From NCBI GenBank assembly GCA_964346275.1, contig CAYFUR010000002.1, forward strand, positions 36,929 through 100,928: a stretch of 64,000 bases of DNA, read 5' to 3'. Position 1 is the stretch's first letter, and each line of letters starts with the position of its first letter. Below the pieces are notes generated by a model that did no database searches, was not told the origin of the DNA, and saw only the letters and a list, made by a program, of their open reading frames with translations. This DNA comes from an uncultured Candidatus Sumerlaeota bacterium. Its GTDB lineage: Bacteria; Sumerlaeota; Sumerlaeia; SLMS01. This document shows, in pieces, positions 25,991-35,571 of the stretch. Both the position numbers and the translations under genes were made by a program.

Positions 25991-27817
25991 ATGATTCAGT
26001 CAACCGACACGCAACTTGGCCAGTATCTCGTCGAAAAAGGCAACCTCGATCCGGACATGCTCGATGCGGCAGTCCGCGATGCGCACAAATCCCACGACCG
26101 GCTGGAAAATGTTCTGGTCAAGATGGGGGTGGCTGACGAGGAGGAAGTTCTGGAGGCCCTGGCCCATGTTCTTCATCTTCCTTACCGTAAGCTGGGGAAC
26201 CTGACGCCGGACCCCAAGGCCCTCCACCTGGTGGTGGCGGAGCTTGCGGAGCACTTTCATATCGTTCCCATCGCCCTGGAGGATGACGTTCTCACCGTCG
26301 CCACGGCGGAGCCCCACGACATGTTCATGGTGGATGAGCTGCGGCGCCAACTTGGCGTGGAAGTGGAAATGGTGGTCGCTTCCCACACGGAAATCGACAA
26401 GGCCTACAACAAGCTTTATGGCATCGGCGGCGCCGTGATGCAGCGCCTGAGTGAAGAGAACGAGGCCTCCGGTGGGAATGCGGAAGCGGAATTCAGCCTT
26501 GCCGACGACATCGATATCGACGAGATGGCCGCCGACGCCACCATCGTTAAATTCGTAAACCAGCTTGTTCAGGAAGCGATGCGCGACCGCGCAACGGATA
26601 TCCATGTGGAGCCGATGGATAAGGAGCTGCGAATCCGCTATCGCATCGACGGCATGCTCTACGAAGCGCCGATTCCCCCCGCCATTAAAAGGTTCCAGGC
26701 GGCAATTATCAGCCGCTTGAAAATCATGGCGGATCTGAACATCGCCGAGCGGCGCCTGCCCCAGGACGGCAAGATCAAGATCAAGAAAGGCGATAAGGAA
26801 TTCGACCTTCGTGTGGCCACCGTACCCACGCCCTACGGCGAATCCATCGCCATTCGTATCCTCTCGCGCGATTCGGAAATGACCACGCTGGAGAAGCTGG
26901 GCTTTGCCGGCGGGCACATGGACCTGATGCGGCAAATGATTACCAAGCCTTACGGGATTATCTTCGTCACGGGTCCCACGGGTTCGGGGAAATCGACGAC
27001 GCTCTATGCCGCGCTGAATGAAATCAACTCGGTGGATCGCAAGATCCTGACGATTGAAGATCCCATTGAGTATCGCATTCCCGGCACAACCCAGATTCAG
27101 GTGAACCCGCAAATCGGGCTGACCTTTGCGCGGATTCTGCGCACAACGCTCCGTCTCGACCCCGACGTGATCATGGTCGGCGAGACCCGTGACCCGGAAA
27201 CGGCGAAGATCACCATCGCCACAGCCATGACCGGCCACCTGGTGTTTTCAACGCTGCATACTAACGATGCCACCGGCGCCTTTACGCGTTTGACGGATAT
27301 GGGCGTGGAGCCGTTCCTGATCGCCTCGTCGGTGGAAGGCGTGCTGGCCCAGCGCCTGGTTCGCGTTCTGTGCCCTCGCTGCAAGCAAAGCTATCGGCCG
27401 GATCCGGACCTGATTCGCCAGGTGAACATGACGCGAGAAGATCCCTCGACGATCGATTTCAAACGCCAAGTGGGTTGCGAAGCCTGCCGCTATACGGGCT
27501 ATGCCGGCCGAACTGCGATTGTCGAGATGGCGAAACTCAATGAAGGCATCCGTCGCCAGGTCGTTCAGAATACTTCGTCAAGCCAGATCAAGGCGGAAGC
27601 CATGCGCCAGGGCATGCGCCCCATCCGCTTTGATGGATGGGACAAGATCCGCCGCGGCATCACAACCTGCGACGAAGTGCTGCGCGTGACCATGGAGGAC
27701 GAATTCAACAACGAATACGACATGCAAATGGTCGAGGAGATTCAGAAGGAAGAAAAACAGGAAGTGGAGTTCAGCACGGCCGAATCCCAGGCCACTCCCC
27801 CGGTGAATGAAGAATAA
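25991..27817 (+). CDS. gspE: Type II secretion / type IV pilus assembly ATPase (GspE/PilB family)
   Basis: N-terminal T2SSE_N/MshEN-like tandem helices, Walker A GPTGSGKSTTLYA, Asp and His boxes, Walker B MVGETRD, tetracysteine CPRC...CEAC. GGAAG precedes ATG 25991. The track start at TTG 25979 is less likely. Confidence 0.93.
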   Translation: MIQSTDTQLGQYLVEKGNLDPDMLDAAVRDAHKSHDRLENVLVKMGVADEEEVLEALAHVLHLPYRKLGNLTPDPKALHLVVAELAEHFHIVPIALEDDVLTVATAEPHDMFMVDELRRQLGVEVEMVVASHTEIDKAYNKLYGIGGAVMQRLSEENEASGGNAEAEFSLADDIDIDEMAADATIVKFVNQLVQEAMRDRATDIHVEPMDKELRIRYRIDGMLYEAPIPPAIKRFQAAIISRLKIMADLNIAERRLPQDGKIKIKKGDKEFDLRVATVPTPYGESIAIRILSRDSEMTTLEKLGFAGGHMDLMRQMITKPYGIIFVTGPTGSGKSTTLYAALNEINSVDRKILTIEDPIEYRIPGTTQIQVNPQIGLTFARILRTTLRLDPDVIMVGETRDPETAKITIATAMTGHLVFSTLHTNDATGAFTRLTDMGVEPFLIASSVEGVLAQRLVRVLCPRCKQSYRPDPDLIRQVNMTREDPSTIDFKRQVGCEACRYTGYAGRTAIVEMAKLNEGIRRQVVQNTSSSQIKAEAMRQGMRPIRFDGWDKIRRGITTCDEVLRVTMEDEFNNEYDMQMVEEIQKEEKQEVEFSTAESQATPPVNEE

Positions 27818-27840
27818 GGAGCGGAACAGCTAAGCGTCCA

Positions 27841-29139
27841 ATGCCAACGTTTGTCTATCAAGCAAAAGATAAGAAGGGTGCCCGGGTCGAGGGAACGATC
27901 GATGCGGACGGGCGCTCGGCTGTGGTGACCCGTCTTCAGCAGATGGGCTATTTTCCTATCACCATCAAACAGGGAGGCAAGGGACCGGCAAAAGCCACCG
28001 CGCAGCGCACTACAAAGACGGCGGTGAAAAAAGCGGTCACGAAGGAATCTGCAAGGCCGAAGGAAGCGCCCGAGTCGTTCGCCTCCTCGTTCCGATCACG
28101 AAAAATCAAGGCCGGGGATGTGGCCGGGTTTAACCGGCAGGTGGCGGACCTGATCGGCGCGGGCATCCCGCTGGTGAAAGCCCTGGGCATTTTGAAAAAG
28201 CAGACGACGAACGAGAAACTGAAACAGGTCATTACGGAAATCCTGGAAGACGTGCAGGGGGGCGAGACGTTTGCCGACTCCTTGAAAAAGCATCCGAAGG
28301 TTTTTTCCAAGCTTTACGTCGCCATGGTCAAGGCAGGCGAGGCCGGCGGCATGCTCGACGATGTGCTGAACCGCCTGGCGGACATGTCGGAAGAGGAAGA
28401 GCAGCTCCGCGGCAAGATCAAGTCCGCCATGGCCTATCCGACGGTTATGATTCTGGCGGGCGGCGGCGCTCTGTTCGTGATGTTTTCCTATGTGGTTCCA
28501 AAAATCACGGCCACGTTCGAGCAGTTGCAGCAGACTCTTCCAGCGATTACGCTCACGCTGATCACGATCAGCGAGGCCTTTCAGAATTACTGGTATATCA
28601 TCCTGATCGGCATGGCGCTGGCCGTGTTCATGTTCGTCCAGTTCACCCGCACGCAGGAAGGCAAGCTGCTGTGGCACAAAACGCAGCTGCGGCTTCCACT
28701 TATTGGGTCGTTGGTGCGCAAGCGCGAGGTGGCCCGTTTTTCCCGGACCCTGGGGTCCCTGCTGCAAAACGGCGTTTCGATTCTTGCCGCTCTGGATATC
28801 GTCCGCGAAGTTGTCGACAACATGGTGATGAAGGACGAGGTGGATAAGGTGGTCGAAGAAATCACGCAGGGCTCAAGCGTGGCAAGGCCACTGGAGGGGA
28901 GCCAGGTCTTCCCGCCAACAGCCGTGAACATGATTGCCATTGGCGAGGAGACCGGCCGCCTGCCCGATGTGCTGATCCGCGTGAGCGAAAGTTTTGAGGG
29001 CGAGGTGGACCGCGCGGTGCGCGCGCTGACTTCGCTGATCGAGCCAATCATCATCGTGGCTATGGGCGTTGTGGTGGGCTTCATCGTGATCGCGATGCTT
29101 CTGCCAATCTTCAGCCTGGACCCGACAGGAGGCATGTGA
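27841..29139 (+). CDS. gspF: Type II secretion / type IV pilus platform protein (GspF/PilC family)
   Basis: Two T2SSF repeats (FNRQVADLIGAGIPLVKAL... and FSRTLGSLLQNGVSILAAL...) and 3 TM segments. A K/A/T-rich insert lies after the first ~45 aa. Confidence 0.92.
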   Translation: MPTFVYQAKDKKGARVEGTIDADGRSAVVTRLQQMGYFPITIKQGGKGPAKATAQRTTKTAVKKAVTKESARPKEAPESFASSFRSRKIKAGDVAGFNRQVADLIGAGIPLVKALGILKKQTTNEKLKQVITEILEDVQGGETFADSLKKHPKVFSKLYVAMVKAGEAGGMLDDVLNRLADMSEEEEQLRGKIKSAMAYPTVMILAGGGALFVMFSYVVPKITATFEQLQQTLPAITLTLITISEAFQNYWYIILIGMALAVFMFVQFTRTQEGKLLWHKTQLRLPLIGSLVRKREVARFSRTLGSLLQNGVSILAALDIVREVVDNMVMKDEVDKVVEEITQGSSVARPLEGSQVFPPTAVNMIAIGEETGRLPDVLIRVSESFEGEVDRAVRALTSLIEPIIIVAMGVVVGFIVIAMLLPIFSLDPTGGM

Positions 29140-29921
29140 TGCGCACGCGGCACAGGCGGGGTGTAACCTTTCTCGAGATCATGGTGGCGCTGGTTATTCT
29201 CGGCATCATGATGGCCCTTGTCCTTCCGAACTTGTCGGGGCCGCGGTCGAAGGCGGCGCTTCGCGCCTCCGCTCGAGAGATCACCCAGGCGGCCATGCTT
29301 GCCCGCCAGCGCGCCATTGTCCAGGGGCATGACACCTATTTGATTGTCTACCCGGAACGGTCTGAATGGCGTATCTACGCAACCCCGCCGGAAGAAGATG
29401 AAGATCGCCGCGACTTTGACCTGGAGGACATCGAGGCGACCACCGGAGAAGAACGCATCCACAAGCTCCACACGCGTGTGGACTTCGAACGGATCGAGGT
29501 CGATTACGAGGAACAGGATCTTGATGAGATGCATTCGATCACTTTCCGCCCCAACGGCACATCAACGGGCATGGCCGTCCAGCTGAAGAATGATCGCGAT
29601 CGCTCGATGACCGTGGATATCGAAACGCTCAACTCGATGCCGACTGTCTATCTCGGCGAACCGAAGAGTTTTGCCCAGAAGCTGAAGGAACATGGCTTAA
29701 ACCCGGCCGACTATGGAATCCGCGACGATACCCTGACGGCATCCAGCGGCAGCCGGCCAGGGGAAGGCTTTTACCGCAGCGCGGGGATGACCGAGGAAGA
29801 GCGAGTCGATTATTACAAGGACGCGGCGGAGCGGATTCTGGAACGCGCTCAAACCCAGTATCGTGTTAAGGAAGAAGGCGCTGGAGCGTATTACTCGGAG
29901 GCGGCACGATGGGGCAACTGA
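29139..29921 (+). CDS. Minor pseudopilin, GspH/FimU-like, unusually long
   Basis: Prepilin motif RRG|VTFLEIMVALVILGI with Glu at +5, then AALRASAREITQAAMLARQRAI typical of GspH/FimT. 260 aa, with an acidic insert and a ~90-aa C-terminal tail. ATG 29139 shares one base with the gspF stop (TGATG). Confidence 0.7.
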   Translation: MRTRHRRGVTFLEIMVALVILGIMMALVLPNLSGPRSKAALRASAREITQAAMLARQRAIVQGHDTYLIVYPERSEWRIYATPPEEDEDRRDFDLEDIEATTGEERIHKLHTRVDFERIEVDYEEQDLDEMHSITFRPNGTSTGMAVQLKNDRDRSMTVDIETLNSMPTVYLGEPKSFAQKLKEHGLNPADYGIRDDTLTASSGSRPGEGFYRSAGMTEEERVDYYKDAAERILERAQTQYRVKEEGAGAYYSEAARWGN

Positions 29922-30418
29922 TCGGCAAAAGCAACCACCGGCGGCGCTGCTTTATCCTGTTAGAGGTCATGGTCGCGATCGTCATCGTTGGGGTGGCCAT
30001 GGTGGCCCTCCTCAAGGGCTTCATTCTGTCCCTGGATACGCTGAAGAAGATCAAAATGAACGAGAAAGCGATCCTGCTGGCGGAAACACTGATGGACGAT
30101 TTCGTTTTGGAGCCGCCAGCGGAGGGAGATTACGAGGGTGAATTCACTGAAGACACGCGTTTTGGAGAAGAATTTGAAGGTTGGAAGTGGGAGTTGGATG
30201 TGGAGGCGGAAGAGCCCGATTATGAAGAAAGGCCTTCCGGGCGCATGGCGCAGGATCTCGAGCAACTCTATGTCGCCGAGTTGAGAGTTTACTACGATCC
30301 GGAAGGAAACCGGAACCGGATCAGCTCTGATGGAAGAATGTATGTCGACATCCATACAATCATTCTCGAGCCGGATCTCTTCAGCATCGACGCTTTGCAG
30401 TCGAACCAGTTGTTCTGA
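29909..30418 (+). CDS. Minor pseudopilin, GspI/PilV-like, with Cys instead of Gly at the -1 cleavage position
   Basis: MGQLIGKSNHRRRC|FILLEVMVAIVIVGVAMVAL. Hydrophobic helix with Glu at +5. Size 169 aa. Overlaps the preceding gene by 13 nt. Confidence 0.65.
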   Translation: MGQLIGKSNHRRRCFILLEVMVAIVIVGVAMVALLKGFILSLDTLKKIKMNEKAILLAETLMDDFVLEPPAEGDYEGEFTEDTRFGEEFEGWKWELDVEAEEPDYEERPSGRMAQDLEQLYVAELRVYYDPEGNRNRISSDGRMYVDIHTIILEPDLFSIDALQSNQLF

Positions 30419-30449
30419 GGGACGAGGAAGGAAAAAGGAACCAGCAGTG

Positions 30450-31553
30450 ATGGAGTATCAAGAAAACCGATCGGCCAAGCGGGGGTTCACCGTTCTGGAA
30501 GTGCTTGTGGCCCTCACAGTCTTCTCGCTGGTGACGTTGACGGTCTTCGCTGTTTTCCGCGCGGCGGTCAAGAGCCAGCGTGTGGGCGAGCGGGAGACAA
30601 AGATCGTGCAGCGCGCGCGCTTTGCCATGGATACAATCGAGGGAGACCTGACGAATATCTTCTTCCGAGACGAGACGGCCTATAATGTGACCCTTGAGAG
30701 GCAGATCTCTCAGATGGAACAGTCCCGTCTTCAGGCTGAACAGAATAATGATTGGGAAAGTTTCTATTCGAACTACGGCAATCCCAACGACCCGGATTCA
30801 GAAGACAGTGCGCGCATCGGGAATCCCTATGAAAAAGGACGCCTGATCGACGTGCAAATGCAGGGCAAGGCGCATTCGATGACTTTCGCCGCCCACGACC
30901 CGCTGAGCCTTGGCGAGGCTTACCGCCCGTTCGGCCTCTCGCGCATCAAGTATTTCGTCGACGAGGGGCTCCTGATGCGCAGCGCGTCGAACATTGACGC
31001 GAAAGAGCGCAACCAGTTTGGCGAGATCGAAGAATTCCCCGAACCACCAAGCTTTTCCCGGCTGGCCGAAGGAGTGGATTCTTTCACTCTGCGCTATGCA
31101 TTCTGGTTCGACAACCAGTGGTATGAAACAAAGAGCTGGACGTCATCCCAGCGGCTGATCCGCAACCCCCAGTATCTCCTCGGGGACTACGGAGATGACG
31201 ACGACAATTGGGGGCGCGGCCAGGACGACTGGGGAGAAAACGATCCACGCTCGAGAAGGGGGGCCGGCGGCCGGCCCATCGAGCCAGGCGAACCGGGATG
31301 GAATGAATTTGTGAATGATCAATATCAAGAGCCGCTCGACCGGCTGCCGGCGGCGGTCCGGGTCGAGCTGGTGCTCTCCGATCCAGAGAACCCCAGCCGC
31401 AAGCAGACCTTTCAGCGTATCATCCGGATCCTTGCAGCGGAAGAAACCTATGCGCCCAGGGGCCTGCTCAACGAAGACGAGCGCGAGAATGAACGATTCC
31501 TGCGCGACCGGAAGTATCAGATGATCTGGCCCGGTGCCTTGGACGAGTTTTAA
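30450..31553 (+). CDS. Minor pseudopilin, GspJ/PilW-like
   Basis: MEYQENRSAKRG|FTVLEVLVALTVFSLV is a canonical prepilin motif. GGAAGGAAAAAGGAA lies upstream of ATG 30450. The track start at 30330 overlaps the previous gene. 367 aa, with an acidic/Gly-rich insert. Confidence 0.7.
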   Translation: MEYQENRSAKRGFTVLEVLVALTVFSLVTLTVFAVFRAAVKSQRVGERETKIVQRARFAMDTIEGDLTNIFFRDETAYNVTLERQISQMEQSRLQAEQNNDWESFYSNYGNPNDPDSEDSARIGNPYEKGRLIDVQMQGKAHSMTFAAHDPLSLGEAYRPFGLSRIKYFVDEGLLMRSASNIDAKERNQFGEIEEFPEPPSFSRLAEGVDSFTLRYAFWFDNQWYETKSWTSSQRLIRNPQYLLGDYGDDDDNWGRGQDDWGENDPRSRRGAGGRPIEPGEPGWNEFVNDQYQEPLDRLPAAVRVELVLSDPENPSRKQTFQRIIRILAAEETYAPRGLLNEDERENERFLRDRKYQMIWPGALDEF

Positions 31554-32846
31554 ATGAAGCGGACGATCCCCACATCCCGGCGAGACCGCGCCGTCGTGCT
31601 GGTCCTGGTTCTCTGGATCCTGGTGGTGCTGTCACTCATGGCCTATTCGCTTCTGTTCCAGGTGACGACGGAGACGACTATTACGTCGACTCGCAAGAAA
31701 TACCTGAAAGCGGAGGCTCTGGCACGCGCCGGCATTGCCCGGGGCATCATCGACTTGCGAAACGATATGCTGTTCGACAGCGCGGAGGAGCAGAAGGATT
31801 TCGACGGAGAGGGCGATGTGTGGGCGCGTCCGGAGGAAGGCAAGGAAGAGATGATCCTGGGCGACGACGAAGACGGCTATTTCAATGTCCGTATCTTCGA
31901 CGAAGAGGGCCTGTTCAACATCAACCGGATGTCCGCTTCGTCGCTCCCCATGCTGGCACAGATTATCGAAACGATTGGATATAACGAGGAGGACGCGGAG
32001 TTAGTCGCCTCGGCGATTCTCGACTGGAAAGACAACGATTATCGGCCCATGCAGCCAAACGCCCCACATACCGAAGAGGGAATCGCGTATGCCATCCTTC
32101 GCGGCGAAGACGAAGGCGGCGAAACGGATCCGGCCGATGTGGAGCCGATTGTTTTTCGCAACGAGGATTTCCTGACCGTGGATGAATTGCTCGAAGTTTA
32201 CGGCGTGACCCCGGAGCTTTATTTCGGCCCGGAATCTCCCGAGGCGGAGTATTACCGAAAACGTCTTGGAGAGCGGCGCCAGGGCGACCGTTTTGAAATC
32301 GAGAACCGCCGCCGAAGCCGGCTCGATGACGGGCCGCCGCTGGGCCTTCGGGACTATTTCACGATCCATGGTTCAGGGACGCTGAATGTGAACACAGCCC
32401 CCGCGCATGTCCTCGCTGTTTTTGCCGATGTCACCGGGATCAAGGAGGGGCGGCGTTTTGCTGAAACCGTGATCCGCGAACGGCGAGGCGGGAAGGATCG
32501 CGATATAGACAACAGCGATGCGTTTCAGGATCGTTCCCAGATGCTGGCGAACCCCGATATCCAAAGCGTCCTTTCCGCGGGCGGAGCGGCCTATCCGCTC
32601 GGGGTGGAATCAAATGCCTTCCGCATTATTTCCGAGGGAGTTGTTGGCGAGGTAACGGCGCGGATGGAAGTGATCTCCGTGCGCTACCTGACGGTGTTCC
32701 AGCGCAACGAAGACTTTGAATTTATCGACCGGGCGCGCGAGCGCCGTGACCAGAATTCCGGGCGTTATGAGCGCCGCCGGAACGACGACAACGAACTCCG
32801 CGTGCAATACCCCTTCGTGCGCATCGTTCAGGCCTATCAAGAGTAA
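31554..32846 (+). CDS. gspK: Minor pseudopilin GspK/PilX-like
   Basis: RDRAVVLVLVLWILVVLSLMAYSL with no Glu at +5, as in GspK. EALARAGIARGI, and the helix-hairpin-helix-like LNVNTAPAHVLAVFADVTGI typical of GspK. The start immediately follows the preceding stop. Confidence 0.75.
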   Translation: MKRTIPTSRRDRAVVLVLVLWILVVLSLMAYSLLFQVTTETTITSTRKKYLKAEALARAGIARGIIDLRNDMLFDSAEEQKDFDGEGDVWARPEEGKEEMILGDDEDGYFNVRIFDEEGLFNINRMSASSLPMLAQIIETIGYNEEDAELVASAILDWKDNDYRPMQPNAPHTEEGIAYAILRGEDEGGETDPADVEPIVFRNEDFLTVDELLEVYGVTPELYFGPESPEAEYYRKRLGERRQGDRFEIENRRRSRLDDGPPLGLRDYFTIHGSGTLNVNTAPAHVLAVFADVTGIKEGRRFAETVIRERRGGKDRDIDNSDAFQDRSQMLANPDIQSVLSAGGAAYPLGVESNAFRIISEGVVGEVTARMEVISVRYLTVFQRNEDFEFIDRARERRDQNSGRYERRRNDDNELRVQYPFVRIVQAYQE

Positions 32847-32872
32847 GAAGAAAGATAAGAAACGGATCGAAG

Positions 32873-34468
32873 ATGCCGAAATACACAGCCATCGAGCTGA
32901 ATGAAAATGAAATAAAAGTCTTCCAGGTTTCGCGATCGCGGAAGAAGGAGATGGAGATCGACCATGCCTTCTCCGTGAGCCTGGCGGATCTTGGGATGGA
33001 TGAGGAAGCGGTGCTCCAGGCGGGCATTCGCCTGCGGGAAGCGCTGAAGAATAACAAAATCCAGCCGGGCCCCGTTGGCCTGATTATTCCCAAGCAGAAC
33101 GCAATTCTCCGCGCCGCGCAGCTTCCCTCGACGGACCAGAACGAGCTGGACGAGATGGCTCAGTTCGAAGCGGAGAAATACATCCCCTTTAATATCGAGC
33201 GGCACATCATCAGCAACGCTGTGATGACAAGCGATGGGGTTGAGGGCAGCCAGGTTCTGGTTACCGCGGTGGATTCCCCGGTCATGGAACGGGCACTGGC
33301 GATCCTGCGCGAGGCCAAGCTAGAACCCATTTTCGCGGAAGTCTCCTCCATGGCGCTTTTCCGTGCACTGTATATCTACGAACCGGAGGCGCTGGAACAG
33401 CCATCCGCGGTCATGTTGAATATCGGCCGGTCGCAGGCGGATATCACGCTTTTGAAAGATGGCTTGCTGGTCGCGGCGCGTTCAACTTCGCTCGGCCTGG
33501 ATCAGCTGAATCGCTCGATCGAAAAAGCCAAATCGAGCGGGGAAGACGTGAACGAGCAGGATGTGACGATTTCTTCTGTTCGCGCCTGGATCGGCAAGAT
33601 CACCCGGTTCACGTCGCAGACCTACGACTACGCCGCGCGGGAATTCGGCATATCGACATCCTCGCGTCTCTACATTTCCGGCGAGGGCATTACGCTGCAC
33701 AGCCTCACTTCCACGCTGGAGGAGAGCCTTGGTATCGAAGTCCGAATCTTCAATCCCGCCGAAAAAATCGCCCGGAACGAAAACGGCACGATTGACAAGC
33801 AACACTTGCCCGGCGTGGTGACTCCCCTGGGAACGGTGCATCGGCTGATCGATATCGAGCATGGCACGCGGCATCGCGATGAAGGGATCAACCTGCTCCC
33901 TTCCTCGGTGATCGAGCAGCAGCAGGCTTCTGAACGGAAAGTTCTGCTCATGATCTCCGGCACCATGGTGATTATCACGCTGATTCTTCTTTACCTCGCC
34001 TATGACACGCAGGCTCAGCACAGCGAGCAACTGACGAAGCGATACAAGGAATTCATCTCGGAGATGCGCCCGGTGGTGGAGAACCTGGAGAAGAAGGAAG
34101 AGCAGCTCGATATCATTCGCCAGATCACCAGCAACCGAGCTGGTATGCTCGAGATTCTCGATCAGATCGCCGCGTTTCCTGGTATGGGAAACACAAAGGA
34201 AGGCGGCGTTCTGACGCTGGAAGAATTCAAATACACGGTGCGAAACGACGTCACCGTGGGCGGAACCGCTGTGAACTTCGAGGACATGCAGAGCTTCGCG
34301 GATTACCTGGAGCAAATGGCGATCGACGATAAGGCGGTGTTTTCCGAAGTCGGCCTTCCACAATCGAAGCCGGTGGACCTGAGCCAAGGCCGGGGGACGG
34401 TTTATTCCTTTTCCATCGATTGCGTTCTGAACGACCTGGCGGAATCGCGAGAAAGGGAGGATGATTAA
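32873..34468 (+). CDS. PilM-PilN fusion (GspL-like assembly protein)
   Basis: N-terminal actin-like PilM domain (LIIPKQNAILRAAQLPSTDQNELDEMAQFEAEKYIPFNIE), a single TM VLLMISGTMVIITLILLYLAY, then a PilN-like coiled periplasmic region. Confidence 0.75.
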   Translation: MPKYTAIELNENEIKVFQVSRSRKKEMEIDHAFSVSLADLGMDEEAVLQAGIRLREALKNNKIQPGPVGLIIPKQNAILRAAQLPSTDQNELDEMAQFEAEKYIPFNIERHIISNAVMTSDGVEGSQVLVTAVDSPVMERALAILREAKLEPIFAEVSSMALFRALYIYEPEALEQPSAVMLNIGRSQADITLLKDGLLVAARSTSLGLDQLNRSIEKAKSSGEDVNEQDVTISSVRAWIGKITRFTSQTYDYAAREFGISTSSRLYISGEGITLHSLTSTLEESLGIEVRIFNPAEKIARNENGTIDKQHLPGVVTPLGTVHRLIDIEHGTRHRDEGINLLPSSVIEQQQASERKVLLMISGTMVIITLILLYLAYDTQAQHSEQLTKRYKEFISEMRPVVENLEKKEEQLDIIRQITSNRAGMLEILDQIAAFPGMGNTKEGGVLTLEEFKYTVRNDVTVGGTAVNFEDMQSFADYLEQMAIDDKAVFSEVGLPQSKPVDLSQGRGTVYSFSIDCVLNDLAESREREDD

Positions 34469-35037
34469 TGCAGAACATGAATCCGCGAGAGAAACTTCTG
34501 GCTGTTCTAACCGCCGTGGGCGTTTTGTTCGCCGTGGCCTGGTATTCGGGACTGGAAGGAGCCATCAGTTCCTTCGGTGCCGGCGGCTCCGAAGTGGCGG
34601 CGCTGGAAAAGCGCTTTGAGAACAATCTCAAAGCGCTCGAGAATATGTATCGGATCGAACGGGAGTTCCGCCGCATTGGAGAATTCCCCGCAAGTGAGGA
34701 TGGGCAGCTGCGCCCGGAGCTGGCGTTTCCCCAGCAAGTGGCCCAAATTTGCCGCGACCTGGGATTCGATTTCCCGCCCCTCCAGGCAGACACGGAAGAG
34801 ATCGAAGGGGTGGAGGAATATCGGCTGATTAATGTGGCCGTGAAAACGGAAGGCACGTATCAAGATACGATCGAATTGCTCAAAACCTTCAACGACAATG
34901 GGTTGATCTTTCGCGACGTCGATCTGACGGGGACGCGTGATCGCGACATCCTTGTGGCCCGGGTGACCGTTGCCCGGATCATCGAAGCCAATCCCGACCG
35001 CAATTCAAGAAGCAATCTCTCGCGCCGGCGGAACTAA
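34468..35037 (+). CDS. PilO/GspM-like bitopic assembly protein
   Basis: N-terminal TM LLAVLTAVGVLFAVAWY, a coiled-coil, then a ferredoxin-like C-terminus (YRLINVAVKTEGTYQDTIELLKTFN). TAATG overlap with the preceding gene. The assignment rests on architecture and position. Confidence 0.55.
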   Translation: MQNMNPREKLLAVLTAVGVLFAVAWYSGLEGAISSFGAGGSEVAALEKRFENNLKALENMYRIEREFRRIGEFPASEDGQLRPELAFPQQVAQICRDLGFDFPPLQADTEEIEGVEEYRLINVAVKTEGTYQDTIELLKTFNDNGLIFRDVDLTGTRDRDILVARVTVARIIEANPDRNSRSNLSRRRN

Positions 35038-35052
35038 AAAGGACGTTTCTTC

Positions 35053-35571
35053 ATGAGTATCACCCGTATCAGTATCATCAATATCGTCTTGTTCCTGGCG
35101 ATTATCGGCCTTTCGGTCTATATCATCACGCAGGAGCGCATTCTGCCCGGAGAGCCACCGGTGAAGCAGGCGCAGAAGCGCGTGGATCAGCTCATCACGC
35201 GGAGTGAAGAACGCGGAGAACTGGCCCAGGCGGAACTGGAGGTGCTGGATGAAAAGAATATCTTCGATTCGTTGATTCCGATTCCAACCCCGACCCCGGC
35301 GCCGACACCCACTCCCCAACCCCCGCCCGATATCGAAGAAGTCACCCAGTATTGGAAGCTCAGCTTTGTTTTCAAATCCATGGCCAGCTTCCAGCACATT
35401 AAATCGCAGGAAGAATTCACGATCAAAGTGGGCGAGCGGCAGCAGGAAACGTGGAAGGGGAAGACCGTGCCCGTTTACCTGGACTCGATCGATCGAAAGA
35501 ATTGGTCGGCGACGATCATGATTAATGAGAAGGGCGTTGTTCAGAAGCGAACCTTCCGGATGTTCGAGTGA
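35053..35571 (+). CDS. PilP/GspC-like bitopic protein (TM, Pro/Thr linker, beta domain)
   Basis: TM IINIVLFLAIIGLSVYII, linker PIPTPTPAPTPTPQPPP, and a C-terminal ~80-aa beta-rich domain. The assignment rests on architecture and position only. Confidence 0.45.
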   Translation: MSITRISIINIVLFLAIIGLSVYIITQERILPGEPPVKQAQKRVDQLITRSEERGELAQAELEVLDEKNIFDSLIPIPTPTPAPTPTPQPPPDIEEVTQYWKLSFVFKSMASFQHIKSQEEFTIKVGERQQETWKGKTVPVYLDSIDRKNWSATIMINEKGVVQKRTFRMFE

